This document shows positions 8,803-18,122 of a stretch of 64,000 bases of DNA, piece by piece; the first letter of the stretch is position 1, and every line of letters starts with the position of its first letter. The notes below the pieces were generated by a model. The model searched no databases and was not told the origin of the DNA. It was given only the letters and a program-made list of their open reading frames with translations. The stretch covers positions 541 to 64,540 of the forward strand of contig JAKSTC010000004.1 of NCBI GenBank assembly GCA_024402765.1. The letters run 5' to 3'. Position numbers and translations under genes: made by a program. The DNA is from Alphaproteobacteria bacterium (GTDB lineage Bacteria > Pseudomonadota > Alphaproteobacteria > Rs-D84).

Positions 8803-9732
8803 TTAGAAACCAACATCTTCACCATTTGGCAAACGTAGTTCTTTTCTTGTCTTGTCTCGTAATAATTTCAACTTTTCCAACATCATGACTAGTTCGTCGT
8901 GTCTACAAAGATAATCAACAACAAGAATTGTGTTATTTAAACTATCATATTCATCATATTTATTAGCAAAATAACGTGGATGAGAATGAAAATATTCTTT
9001 TTCTGCGGCCATAGTAAGCAATGTTAAGTCAAAATCACCACTATAATAATAATAAGCATCATCCTGCTGATAAGTACCTTCGTTCTTTATTTCAATAACC
9101 TTTTTATCTGCTCCTTCTAACTTTTTGTATGGTGCAGCTATAATTTTTGCTGCATGATTGAGAGATTCTACGGAAGGATAAGATTCTTTAAAAGTATTTT
9201 TATATTCTAAAAACAAATTAATAAAATCTTTACGCACAAAATTCGGCATATTGCAAAAATTGCAAAATTGAAAAGGATAAAAAAGTTCATTGTAATTAGG
9301 AAAATATGTCATCCTTTGTATAAACATATCTTGTTCGTCACATGTTAATGGTTTTATGAATTTTTTTACCGTATCACAAGATATGTCAAATTTATTCCAA
9401 CCTATAAATTTATTTCCTAATTCTTTTATTTGGTTGGTCAATAATTCTGCAACCAAGTCATCAAATGTATATCGTGCTTTGAGTTCTTTTTCTGCTTTTT
9501 CTTTATTCTGTTCATCTTTTTTTATAATATCCATTAACCAAGGCATATCTATTTGTTTTGTTTGATGTTTTTCTTCTTTTGGTGCATCTATATCTGTTTC
9601 CATAAACGATAAATCATCTTCTATTTCTGTTTCTGGACCATTTTCTACATCTATTTCTTGATGTTCAGATAATGCTTCATAATAATTTTCATCCAAATCT
9701 GGACAATTATCATCAATTCTTACTTCTGTCAT
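8803..9732 (-). CDS. Hypothetical protein with acidic N-terminus
   Basis: 309-aa ORF with AGGA RBS; no recognised motif. Confidence 0.7.
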   Translation of the reverse strand: MTEVRIDDNCPDLDENYYEALSEHQEIDVENGPETEIEDDLSFMETDIDAPKEEKHQTKQIDMPWLMDIIKKDEQNKEKAEKELKARYTFDDLVAELLTNQIKELGNKFIGWNKFDISCDTVKKFIKPLTCDEQDMFIQRMTYFPNYNELFYPFQFCNFCNMPNFVRKDFINLFLEYKNTFKESYPSVESLNHAAKIIAAPYKKLEGADKKVIEIKNEGTYQQDDAYYYYSGDFDLTLLTMAAEKEYFHSHPRYFANKYDEYDSLNNTILVVDYLCRHDELVMMLEKLKLLRDKTRKELRLPNGEDVGF

Positions 9733-9767
9733 TTTTATATCCTTTTTATTAATAGTGAATAAAACAA

Positions 9768-9795
9768 ACTTCTTGCCCCGAAGGGCACGAAGTTG
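9768..9795 (-). terminator. Hairpin after the methyltransferase gene
   Basis: aacttcttgccc-cgaa-gggcacgaagtt (UUCG loop on the minus strand). Confidence 0.55.
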
Positions 9796-11568
9796 TTAAT
9801 TTGCTTCTGGCAACATTTCAATCAGCCTTTTAACCAATTTAGGCATAAAAGCTTCACCAATAACTTCTCGAATCAAAGTATTACCGGCCCATGTTGGTAT
9901 TGAATAATCGTCAGGCAAGCCTGTCACGCGTAATAATTCCAACAATGTTAGACAACGCGCATCCGAATATGTGCCATCAGATAACGGACGTCCCGGATGT
10001 ATTGTTCTGTTTGCAGTCAAATTATCACTTTGTGTTGTTATGGTGTTACATGGTCTGTCCCAGAATTTACGACCAAAACTTGATTTAAATGATGAATTAC
10101 TAAAACTTCCATCAACATTTTTTGGTTTCCATTCGGCTTGATTGTTATGTGCAGAACATCCTGTTGGTGTATGTTTTAACACTTCAACCTGACATTCTGG
10201 TAAACGTTCTGCAATATGATACGGTATTCCGCTATCTTCACCTGCTTCAATTGAAGGTAAATCGCCGATACATTCCCACAACATCATTCTGCGTTTGTCC
10301 GGAACAGGAAATTTCCAAAGTCCAGATTTAGCAGCTGTAATAATTGCTCTTTCTCTTGACTGACACGTTCCATAATCTGCAGCGTTTAAAATGCCAAGAT
10401 TTACGATATATCCCAATGATTCCAAATCACATTTAATATATTCAGCAATATTTTTATATTGTGTCCCTATCAGTATATCTGGACATGCGTTCAGAAATTC
10501 TGGAACATTTTCAATCATGACGAACTGATTTGAATCATCCACAGCATGAATAAATTCCAAAGTCCGTAAAAACAATTTTGCTTCTGCTGAATTATAATTC
10601 TTTTTACCTGCTTTACTAAAAGGCTGACAAACAGGACTTGCCAAAACCATTTTACAGCCTTTTTCATGATGTAATTTTACCAATTCATCAAATATTGCGT
10701 CGTCTGTAAAATCACCTTGGACCATATTACAATGCGGATATATTTCCTGATACCACATTGCACGCTGTTCAATCAATTCATTTGCAACTGCGTTTATGAC
10801 ATTTAATTTATGCAGGTAATATTCACCGATTCCAACATTTGCGAATAATTGCGTATAATATAATGGTTCTGACGCATCATATTTTATACAAATGTCATGT
10901 GTCGAACATTCTGCAATTTTACCAGAATAGTCAATATTTGTAAATTCGCCACTCTGATTATTTTTGCGTTTCATGCGTATTGCCCAATTTCTTGACACAA
11001 TATCATTATATTCACGCGCCATATTTACAGCCCTTTCAACACACGCTTCATCCAAATCACTAATTGCACGTGCTTGCTTTGGTGTTAGTCCCATTTCTGC
11101 AATTAAATCAGCCTTGGTTTTAACATCGGAATCCTTATGCTGACCTTGTGCTTTTGGCAATTCTTTTAATTGTTTAGACAATTCCAGTTCTGCATATAAT
11201 AAATGTTCGGCATACAGTTGTGTGTTTGCCAAGACCGTTTGATATACATCCTTTGGCAAATTAGGTTTCTTCAAAAAAGCCTTACCTAACTCAACTGCAG
11301 CCTGTTGGACCATAACAAATTTATTCAACTGTTCTGGGTCCGTTGGTATAACAACAACAGTATTTGTGTCTAATAATGCGGGCAAACTTGCTACTGCTTC
11401 ATCCGGACACAAAATTTCTGCTTCTGTCGTTGGTTCTTGTTCGCCATCTTTAATTATTGGTTCTATATTTAAAGATGTGTTTTGAGACGTTTCAACAAAC
11501 GTTGATTCCGACTCTACTTTTTCTAAAAAATCTGTCATTTTTTTCTCATTTTTGTTTGCAAAAACCAC
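9796..11568 (-). CDS. DNA cytosine-C5 methyltransferase with an extra ~230-aa N-terminal domain
   Basis: Motif I LFANVGIG, IV SPVCQPFS, VI IENVPEF, VIII QSRER, IX RCLTLLELLR..GLP, X IGEA. Confidence 0.9.
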   Translation of the reverse strand: MVFANKNEKKMTDFLEKVESESTFVETSQNTSLNIEPIIKDGEQEPTTEAEILCPDEAVASLPALLDTNTVVVIPTDPEQLNKFVMVQQAAVELGKAFLKKPNLPKDVYQTVLANTQLYAEHLLYAELELSKQLKELPKAQGQHKDSDVKTKADLIAEMGLTPKQARAISDLDEACVERAVNMAREYNDIVSRNWAIRMKRKNNQSGEFTNIDYSGKIAECSTHDICIKYDASEPLYYTQLFANVGIGEYYLHKLNVINAVANELIEQRAMWYQEIYPHCNMVQGDFTDDAIFDELVKLHHEKGCKMVLASPVCQPFSKAGKKNYNSAEAKLFLRTLEFIHAVDDSNQFVMIENVPEFLNACPDILIGTQYKNIAEYIKCDLESLGYIVNLGILNAADYGTCQSRERAIITAAKSGLWKFPVPDKRRMMLWECIGDLPSIEAGEDSGIPYHIAERLPECQVEVLKHTPTGCSAHNNQAEWKPKNVDGSFSNSSFKSSFGRKFWDRPCNTITTQSDNLTANRTIHPGRPLSDGTYSDARCLTLLELLRVTGLPDDYSIPTWAGNTLIREVIGEAFMPKLVKRLIEMLPEAN

Positions 11569-11874
11569 TTCACCTTTTTAGGTATTTTTGGATTCCTGCG
11601 AAATTAATCTGAAATTGTTTTAACCTAAATCACCAATCAGCAATTTTTGGTTGACCAGCAAAAAATGGATTTGTATAATTAAGATGTTTCAAGTCTTTTA
11701 CACAGTCCATTTCTTACTTGGTCTGATTTAAAATTTTTGGGGTGTGGCATTCATGGCTGCGCTCCTTTTTTTTACACTTTAATTATAATGCGTAAAGAAG
11801 CAGTTATCGAGTCATGAATGCTAATAAATTTCAGACTCTAGTTTCAATATTACCGCGGGTTTGAAGTGTGTTTT

Positions 11875-12594
11875 TTAAAAAGCCATGTGTCGTTTCGCTT
11901 TAAAATTTTTGATAAAAAAATCGTACCGTGGTTTATCATGGTCATATAAAAGTTGAAAAAATATGTTTATTTCACGAATCGTATAAACATTGCGTCCACC
12001 TTGTTTTTCATATCTAGGAAAGTAAACATCGTTTTTATTACGTCCTGCAGTTTTACACCAATCACGTTGAATACGATTCCAATAATCTATTTCGTGGCGT
12101 TTTATACCAAAATTTATAATTAATTTATTAGCATCTATAACCTCACCTTTAAATGACTGTTGAAACACAATTGGTTTGTTTTTAGGCTCTCTATTTATTT
12201 GTAAACAGTAGATTGGGTTAAATTGACTAATATATCTATGATGGTTTTCATAATATATACTGTTCCTTTCATTGTCTGAAATATCAAAGTTGGTATCATC
12301 AATAAATTTTCCTGTATAAAACCAACATGAATTCTCGTGTTTGTCATATTTATCATGTTTATCTGGTTCAAATTCAAAAGATTTATTACGCAAAATATCT
12401 GCATATTGTTTGTGTTTAACACAGAATCTACGAATTGTTTGGTTTAGGTTTGTTTTTATGTGTTGTTGTAATTCTGATAATAAAAAATGCGGCTCGTGAA
12501 TTCTAGTATGTAAACCTGCCAAATATTTTGGACTGGTTATAACTATTATGAAATCATCAACTGCAAATTGTTCAATTCTGTATGTTATTTTCAT
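11875..12594 (-). CDS. Hypothetical protein with a possible C-terminal AlpA/excisionase-like winged HTH
   Basis: C-terminal IDANKLIINFGIKRHEIDYW...FPRYEKQGGRNVY...EI; lies next to the integrase. Confidence 0.55.
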   Translation of the reverse strand: MKITYRIEQFAVDDFIIVITSPKYLAGLHTRIHEPHFLLSELQQHIKTNLNQTIRRFCVKHKQYADILRNKSFEFEPDKHDKYDKHENSCWFYTGKFIDDTNFDISDNERNSIYYENHHRYISQFNPIYCLQINREPKNKPIVFQQSFKGEVIDANKLIINFGIKRHEIDYWNRIQRDWCKTAGRNKNDVYFPRYEKQGGRNVYTIREINIFFQLLYDHDKPRYDFFIKNFKAKRHMAF

Positions 12595-12789
12595 ATAAAC
12601 ACCTAACTTGTAAACATATTTTACAACATAACAATTGTAATCGCAATTATAATAACACTTTACTGAATAACAATATTTTGTGTGTATTATTTCCTTATAA
12701 GCGCGTTTTTTTTTATTAGTTGCTATTTTGGTATAGATTATTTTTTTATTCTTTTATTGGGAAAGAAAAAAATTAATATTTTATATATA

Positions 12790-12802
12790 AATCAATAAGT
12801 TA
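12790..12802 (+). promoter_or_regulatory. IHF consensus site
   Basis: AATCAATAAGTTA matches WATCAANNNNTTR, in the spacer after the integrase. Confidence 0.4.
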
Positions 12803-12954
12803 TGGAATTTTTGACGTGGGGTTTTTGCAGCAATTGAAATAGGACGACATATCGAGAGTGGTGAAAAACCTACTGAATTTGATGCGTTTAAACAGCGTAA
12901 AAAATTCCTAAGCGCATTTTGTGTTATGATTTGGGGTGTTTTTGCCAGCGCAAA

Positions 12955-14475
12955 TTACATATTCGCCATGACGGTTTTCCAATAATCGAATTCATCCTGC
13001 AGGAAATCGTATCGCAATTTATCTGCTTGTTTTTTGATTTTTACTAAATCGTGGTTAGAATATGATTGTTGGCGTGTGCTGGCACCTTCCCAACCAATAA
13101 TATCGTTTATAAATGTTTCGGATACACCAACTTCTTCAAGGCGTTGATTTGCGTTTTTACGTAACGAGTGAAAATCAAGTTTATGTGGATTATTTGCTGT
13201 TATACCAATGTTTTTAATATACTGAATAAACCCTCGTGTCATAAATTTGTTGTTATATTCGCCAGACTCGGTTTGGCAGCGTGGAAAAATAAAATCTGAT
13301 GGTTTGGCGTTTAATTTAGATTGTTGGCGTTTTACCCAATCGATAAACCCTAAATCTAATAACTGCTGTGGAATAGGGACAGTTCTGCGTGACGCATCAT
13401 TTTTTAATTGTTTGATTGGATGCGTGTCTTGAAATTTAAGACAATCTATACCATCAACATTAACTATATCTGCGTATTGTAAAGTGATAGCGGCATTTGT
13501 TCTAGAGCCAACAAATAACCCTATTAAAGTAGTCCAAAATACATCAATATGTGATTTAAAATAATCATGTGCCGGGTCAAATATTTGTTTTAATTCATCA
13601 TTGGTATATGGCCAATGTGGTTCTTTTTCTGCTTTTGTGGTTTTTTTGAAATCTGGAATTAAATTTATTAAATTAATTTTATATATATCTGGGTCAATTG
13701 TGTTTGCATGCAGTATTAAATTTTTAATTTCGCGTGCATAATTTCTTTTTACACTACCTTTAACATTTTTTGCTTTGATGTTATCACATATTGCTTGAAT
13801 CTTATCAGCAGTATAAAACAACAGATATTTATTGGTTAATTTTAATCCAACCCACGCCATCATATTTGTAATTAATTTACGTTTTGTATTTTCAACAGTT
13901 TTTGTGGTGGTGGCTTTTTTTAGCATAGATTCCATTATTTGTTCAATAGTATGGTCTGGTTTTGGTGTGCTTTTAACTGTTGGTATTTTTAAGGATTTTA
14001 GTAGGGTTTCAATGTTCCCCATGGTGATTTCGCGTTCTTTTTCTAATAATTGCTGAATTTGCACTAAATCGCTTTCACTCAAATTTTTGATTTCTATGTT
14101 TTTAAGTTTATCTATCACCATAAAAAATTGTTTTAATACTTCAGGGTCAGTTTGTGGGGATATACGTTTTTTCTTTTGTAAGAGAACTTGTCCGCCTGAC
14201 TGAATTTCTTCATCATATTCTTCAAAGGTTAGTGAATTCATCAAAGATTTTGCAGTATAAATCAGTTGTTTCGTTTCTAATTTTTCAGAATTTATACTTT
14301 TAACCATGATTTTTGCCCTTTCTTTTGCTTCATAATAATTTTTCGTGCGCAGTGATTTGCAAAAATATTTTCTTTTATTGTTCTGTTTGGGTAATTCAAA
14401 CATAAAATAAAATGTGCTTTTGCGAATCCACAGATATTTGTCTGCCTGACAGTTTGACTTACACTTTTTTAACAT
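12955..14475 (-). CDS. Tyrosine recombinase/integrase with a DUF6538-like N-terminal arm
   Basis: Catalytic residues GSRTN (R), LKN (K), FHSLRKN (HxxR), IIGW and YS (Y); N-terminal KSLRTKNYYEAK. Confidence 0.9.
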   Translation of the reverse strand: MLKKCKSNCQADKYLWIRKSTFYFMFELPKQNNKRKYFCKSLRTKNYYEAKERAKIMVKSINSEKLETKQLIYTAKSLMNSLTFEEYDEEIQSGGQVLLQKKKRISPQTDPEVLKQFFMVIDKLKNIEIKNLSESDLVQIQQLLEKEREITMGNIETLLKSLKIPTVKSTPKPDHTIEQIMESMLKKATTTKTVENTKRKLITNMMAWVGLKLTNKYLLFYTADKIQAICDNIKAKNVKGSVKRNYAREIKNLILHANTIDPDIYKINLINLIPDFKKTTKAEKEPHWPYTNDELKQIFDPAHDYFKSHIDVFWTTLIGLFVGSRTNAAITLQYADIVNVDGIDCLKFQDTHPIKQLKNDASRRTVPIPQQLLDLGFIDWVKRQQSKLNAKPSDFIFPRCQTESGEYNNKFMTRGFIQYIKNIGITANNPHKLDFHSLRKNANQRLEEVGVSETFINDIIGWEGASTRQQSYSNHDLVKIKKQADKLRYDFLQDEFDYWKTVMANM

Positions 14476-14612
14476 AGTTAATTGCCCTTTGTTTTTCAAG
14501 GTGTCAATGCAAACTTATATATTGAAAATACGGTGTTTTTATCTAATTGGCAAAAAATGAACCAATATAATAAAAAACCGAACTTTTGCCCGGTTTTCTA
14601 ATGTTTTTATAG

Positions 14613-14689
14613 TGGTGGGTGTTAAGGGACTCGAACCCCTGACCCTCTGCGTGTAAAGCAGATGCTCTAGCCAACTGAGCTAAACACCC
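14613..14689 (-). tRNA. tRNA-Val (anticodon TAC), CCA encoded
   Basis: GGGTGTTTAGCTCAGTTGGCTAGAGCATCTGCTTTACACGCAGAGGGTCAGGGGTTCGAGTCCCTTAACACCCACCA folds as a cloverleaf. Confidence 0.97.
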
Positions 14690-14739
14690 ATAAAGTGAAA
14701 CCTATTATATATTGTTTTTTCCTTATGTCCAGTTTTTAT

Positions 14740-15087
14740 TTATCTTTGGTTCTGTATATGCATCGTTTGCAGGATTTTTGTCGGCAGACCGAGTGTTGCG
14801 TTAATTTGCAAAGAAGGAATAAGTGTTTCATTCGCAAATTTAACCGCTTCATCAAGACTTGCAAATTCTTTTTTTGTAGAGAATACAGGAATATAACGAA
14901 TTGCCCCAGACGGCGTGTCATGGCGTTTGTCCAATGCAATAAAGTATTTATTGCTAGTAAGATTTTTCGCAATATTAATACTATAGTTTTCTTGCACAAT
15001 AGTTCGTGCTTTTTTGAATGTTCTGATAGAGCAACCTAAATACTCTGCCCATTGTTTGTTTGTCCATTCTAACTGTTCTGGTGTCAT
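14740..15087 (-). CDS. Hypothetical protein with a possible N-terminal HTH
   Basis: KQWAEYLGCSIRTFKKA; AAGGGA RBS. Confidence 0.6.
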   Translation of the reverse strand: MTPEQLEWTNKQWAEYLGCSIRTFKKARTIVQENYSINIAKNLTSNKYFIALDKRHDTPSGAIRYIPVFSTKKEFASLDEAVKFANETLIPSLQINATLGLPTKILQTMHIQNQR

Positions 15088-15110
15088 TTTACATCCCTTA
15101 GGTTATAAAC

Positions 15111-15131
15111 GCCCCAAGGAACACTTGGGGC
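15111..15131 (-). terminator. Hairpin downstream of pnp
   Basis: gccccaag-gaaca-cttggggc, followed by gttt on the minus strand. Confidence 0.55.
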
Positions 15132-15139
15132 CTTAATTT

Positions 15140-17296
15140 TTATTTTGCCTTTTCTTCACCAGTTTTCTGATCGATACCGACCATAGACAGACGTGTTTTA
15201 CCGCGTTTATCTGTGCCCATGTATTTCACATATACTGTGTCGCCTTCTTTATACTTTGTATCTTCTATTTTCGCGATACGTTCACCAGTGATTTCAGAAA
15301 TATGAACCATAGATTCAAATCCGTTCAAGATTTTTACGAATAAACCAAAATCTTTGATTCCTGAAATTGTGCCACGATAGATGACACCAACCTCTGGTTC
15401 TGCAACAATGTCATTAATGCGGGCGATTGCTTCGTCGGCACTTTCTTTGGTTGTTGCCAAAATTTTAACTGTTCCATCGTCTTCGAGTTCGATTTGTGTA
15501 TCAGTTTCCCTGGTTAATGCCTGGATAACCACCCCGCCCTTGCCAATGACTTCACGAACCTTGTCTGGATTGATTTTCATTGTATATGTTTGTGGTGCAA
15601 ATTCAGACACAGATTTACGTGGTGATTTAATCGCCTTTTCAATCTTGCCCAAAATGTGCATACGGCCATCTTTTGCCTGGGCCAATGCATGTTTCATGAT
15701 TTCAAATGTGATAGATGTGATTTTGATATCCATTTGCAATGCTGTAATACCATCTTTGGTTCCTGTAACCTTAAAGTCCATGTCGCCCAAATGGTCTTCG
15801 TCACCCAAAATATCGGTCAAAATCGCATAATCATCACCTTCTTTAATCAAACCCATCGCAATACCTGCAACTGGTCTTTTTAATGGAACGCCACCGTCCA
15901 TCATAGCCAGTGTTGCACCGCATGTTGTTGCCATAGAAGATGAACCGTTTGATTCCAAAATATCAGAACATACGCGGATAACATAGTCAAATTCATCGCG
16001 ACTTGGCACCATTGGGTGCAATGCACGCCATGCCAAATTACCATGGCCAAGTTCACGACGACCTGGGGATTTCAAACCCTTGGCTTCGCCAACAGAATAA
16101 CCAGGGAAGTTATAGTTCAAGATAAAGTCGCGTTCTTCGTCACCATCCAATGATTCGATTGGTAATGCATCTTTGCCACCACCGAGTGTAAGTGACACCA
16201 ACGCCTGTGTTTCACCGCGTGTGAACAATGCAGACCCATGTGCACGTGGCAAAACACCCAATTCAATTTCAATTGGACGAACGGTTTTTGTGTCACGACC
16301 GTCAATACGTGGTTTGCCAGCCAAAATATTGCCACGCATAATACGTGCAGTAATGTTTTCCACGATTTCATCCGCCCATGATTCCAATGTTGATTGGGCA
16401 TAGGTGGTTTCTGGGAATAATTCTGGAATCAAAGCCTTGGCTTCACCATGAATATTTGCCAATGTTTCCAAACGAACCAATTTTTCTTTGATTAACAATG
16501 CTTCTGTAATTTTATCAGCAAATTGTTCAAAAGATTCCTTCATTTTGATTTGCTCGGCTGTCTCAACAGGTGTTTCCCAACGTTCTTTGCCGGCTTTTTC
16601 TGCAAATTCGTTAATTGCGTCAATTACAGTCTGTTGTGCATCGAAACCGAATTTAACCGCGCCCAATGTTGTTTCTTCATCCAGTTCACCGATTTCAGAT
16701 TCAACCATTAAAACACCGTCTTTGGTCGCGGCAACAACCAAATCCATTTCAGATTCTTCTACTTGTTTTTTTGATGGATTCAAAATATATTTGCCATCCA
16801 TATAGCCAACACGTGCGGCACCAATTGGACCCGCGAACGGAACACCCGACAACGCCAAAGCAGCCGAAGACGCAATCATCGCCAAAATGTCAGGTTGATT
16901 CTTTTTATCATAGGAAAATACCTGGGCAATAATTTGAACCTTGTTCTTGAATGTTTCTGGGAACAATGGACGAATTGGACGATCAATCAAACGCGCAATC
17001 AGTGTTTCTGATACTGACGCCTTGCCTTCACGTCTATCGCGGGAACCCGGAATACGACCGGCTGACGCATATTTTTCCTGATAGTCAACGGTCAAGGGAA
17101 AGAAATCTTGACCCTCTACGGCTGTCTTTTCAGCACACACAGTTGCCAAAACCATTGTGCCACCCATTGTTGCCAATACGGCACCATTTGCCTGTTTCGC
17201 CATGCGACCTGTTTCCAAACGCAATGTTTCATCACCATAAGGGATTTCAACAACGATTGGATTATTTAATTTTTCTTTTTTTAAACCAAATAACAT
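15140..17296 (-). CDS. pnp: Polyribonucleotide nucleotidyltransferase (PNPase)
   Basis: FFPLTVDYQEK, RLIDRPIRPLFP, FTRGETQ, ESNGSSSMA, GDMDFKV, KH and S1 domains. Start at MLFG with GGAG RBS. Confidence 0.98.
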   Translation of the reverse strand: MLFGLKKEKLNNPIVVEIPYGDETLRLETGRMAKQANGAVLATMGGTMVLATVCAEKTAVEGQDFFPLTVDYQEKYASAGRIPGSRDRREGKASVSETLIARLIDRPIRPLFPETFKNKVQIIAQVFSYDKKNQPDILAMIASSAALALSGVPFAGPIGAARVGYMDGKYILNPSKKQVEESEMDLVVAATKDGVLMVESEIGELDEETTLGAVKFGFDAQQTVIDAINEFAEKAGKERWETPVETAEQIKMKESFEQFADKITEALLIKEKLVRLETLANIHGEAKALIPELFPETTYAQSTLESWADEIVENITARIMRGNILAGKPRIDGRDTKTVRPIEIELGVLPRAHGSALFTRGETQALVSLTLGGGKDALPIESLDGDEERDFILNYNFPGYSVGEAKGLKSPGRRELGHGNLAWRALHPMVPSRDEFDYVIRVCSDILESNGSSSMATTCGATLAMMDGGVPLKRPVAGIAMGLIKEGDDYAILTDILGDEDHLGDMDFKVTGTKDGITALQMDIKITSITFEIMKHALAQAKDGRMHILGKIEKAIKSPRKSVSEFAPQTYTMKINPDKVREVIGKGGVVIQALTRETDTQIELEDDGTVKILATTKESADEAIARINDIVAEPEVGVIYRGTISGIKDFGLFVKILNGFESMVHISEITGERIAKIEDTKYKEGDTVYVKYMGTDKRGKTRLSMVGIDQKTGEEKAK

Positions 17297-17460
17297 AGTT
17301 TTCTCCGTTTTTTTGTTAAGTTTATTTTTCTTTGCGGAGAAAATCATTCATTTTTACACTCTGTAATTTATAAAAGTGTAAGAAAGAACAATTTCATCTC
17401 CGCCTGGGCGAATTATAGAATATATTTATTTGTTTGCAAATATTTAATTTTAGAATGGTT

Positions 17461-18057
17461 TTACATCAAACAAGCCAAGGTTGCACTGGGGTTTTTTAGT
17501 AAAAACCAACCAATATGATAATCTGTTAAATATATTGTTATCATAAATAGTGCAAGTATACCGACAACCAATAAAACATTGTTCTTTTTGCCACGCATAC
17601 AATATACGGCAATATTATAGAACAAAAATAATACCCACGCATCAGCAATAATACTAACTATCCACATAGACCAACAATTAAAGGCCAGTGCATTTAATAC
17701 TAAAATAGCGGGATAAATAAAGAATATAGATGCTAAACCCTTAATCGCAATTTCCCAATCGCGTTCGCCACCTGTGATTTCTGAAACCAACATTAATAAT
17801 CCTCCAAAGACAAACAATAATGCCACCGCTAATACAGGAACGATAATTAATGCGCTAAATACCGCACCAAGTGTAATGGTTGCACCACCAATTATGCGCA
17901 ATGCCAGAACAAGAATTCCCCCCAGCATACCATATATAAAAGCCTTTAACATAGATTCTTCGAGATTTCCATCAGCAACAATACGGGTAAAAAACTTCTT
18001 AGGTTTGATAATAACGTCAATAATGTTTTTTATAGCTCTCTTAATCTTTTTTAACAT
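17461..18057 (-). CDS. YIP1-family membrane protein
   Basis: VIIKPKKFF N-terminus followed by five hydrophobic helices. Confidence 0.7.
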   Translation of the reverse strand: MLKKIKRAIKNIIDVIIKPKKFFTRIVADGNLEESMLKAFIYGMLGGILVLALRIIGGATITLGAVFSALIIVPVLAVALLFVFGGLLMLVSEITGGERDWEIAIKGLASIFFIYPAILVLNALAFNCWSMWIVSIIADAWVLFLFYNIAVYCMRGKKNNVLLVVGILALFMITIYLTDYHIGWFLLKNPSATLACLM

Positions 18058-18122
18058 TTTTCACCCCTTATTTGATTATTTATATTTTTGCTTTATAATT
18101 ACAAAAAATCAATGGAAAAATT

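Larger units (their letters stand above)
6950..14612. mobile_element. tRNA-Val-associated integrative island (left boundary uncertain)
   Basis: Tyrosine integrase directly 3' of tRNA-Val, followed by an HTH protein, a C5 MTase, an HUH Rep-like gene and DUF3768. AT-rich. No att duplication found. Confidence 0.7.

Noticed and set aside
11728-11770. Strong RBS followed by an 8-codon ORF (MNATPQKF) upstream of the MTase
   Set aside because: Too short to support; could be a remnant or chance.
5835-14499. Intact prophage
   Set aside because: No capsid, portal, terminase or lysis genes.
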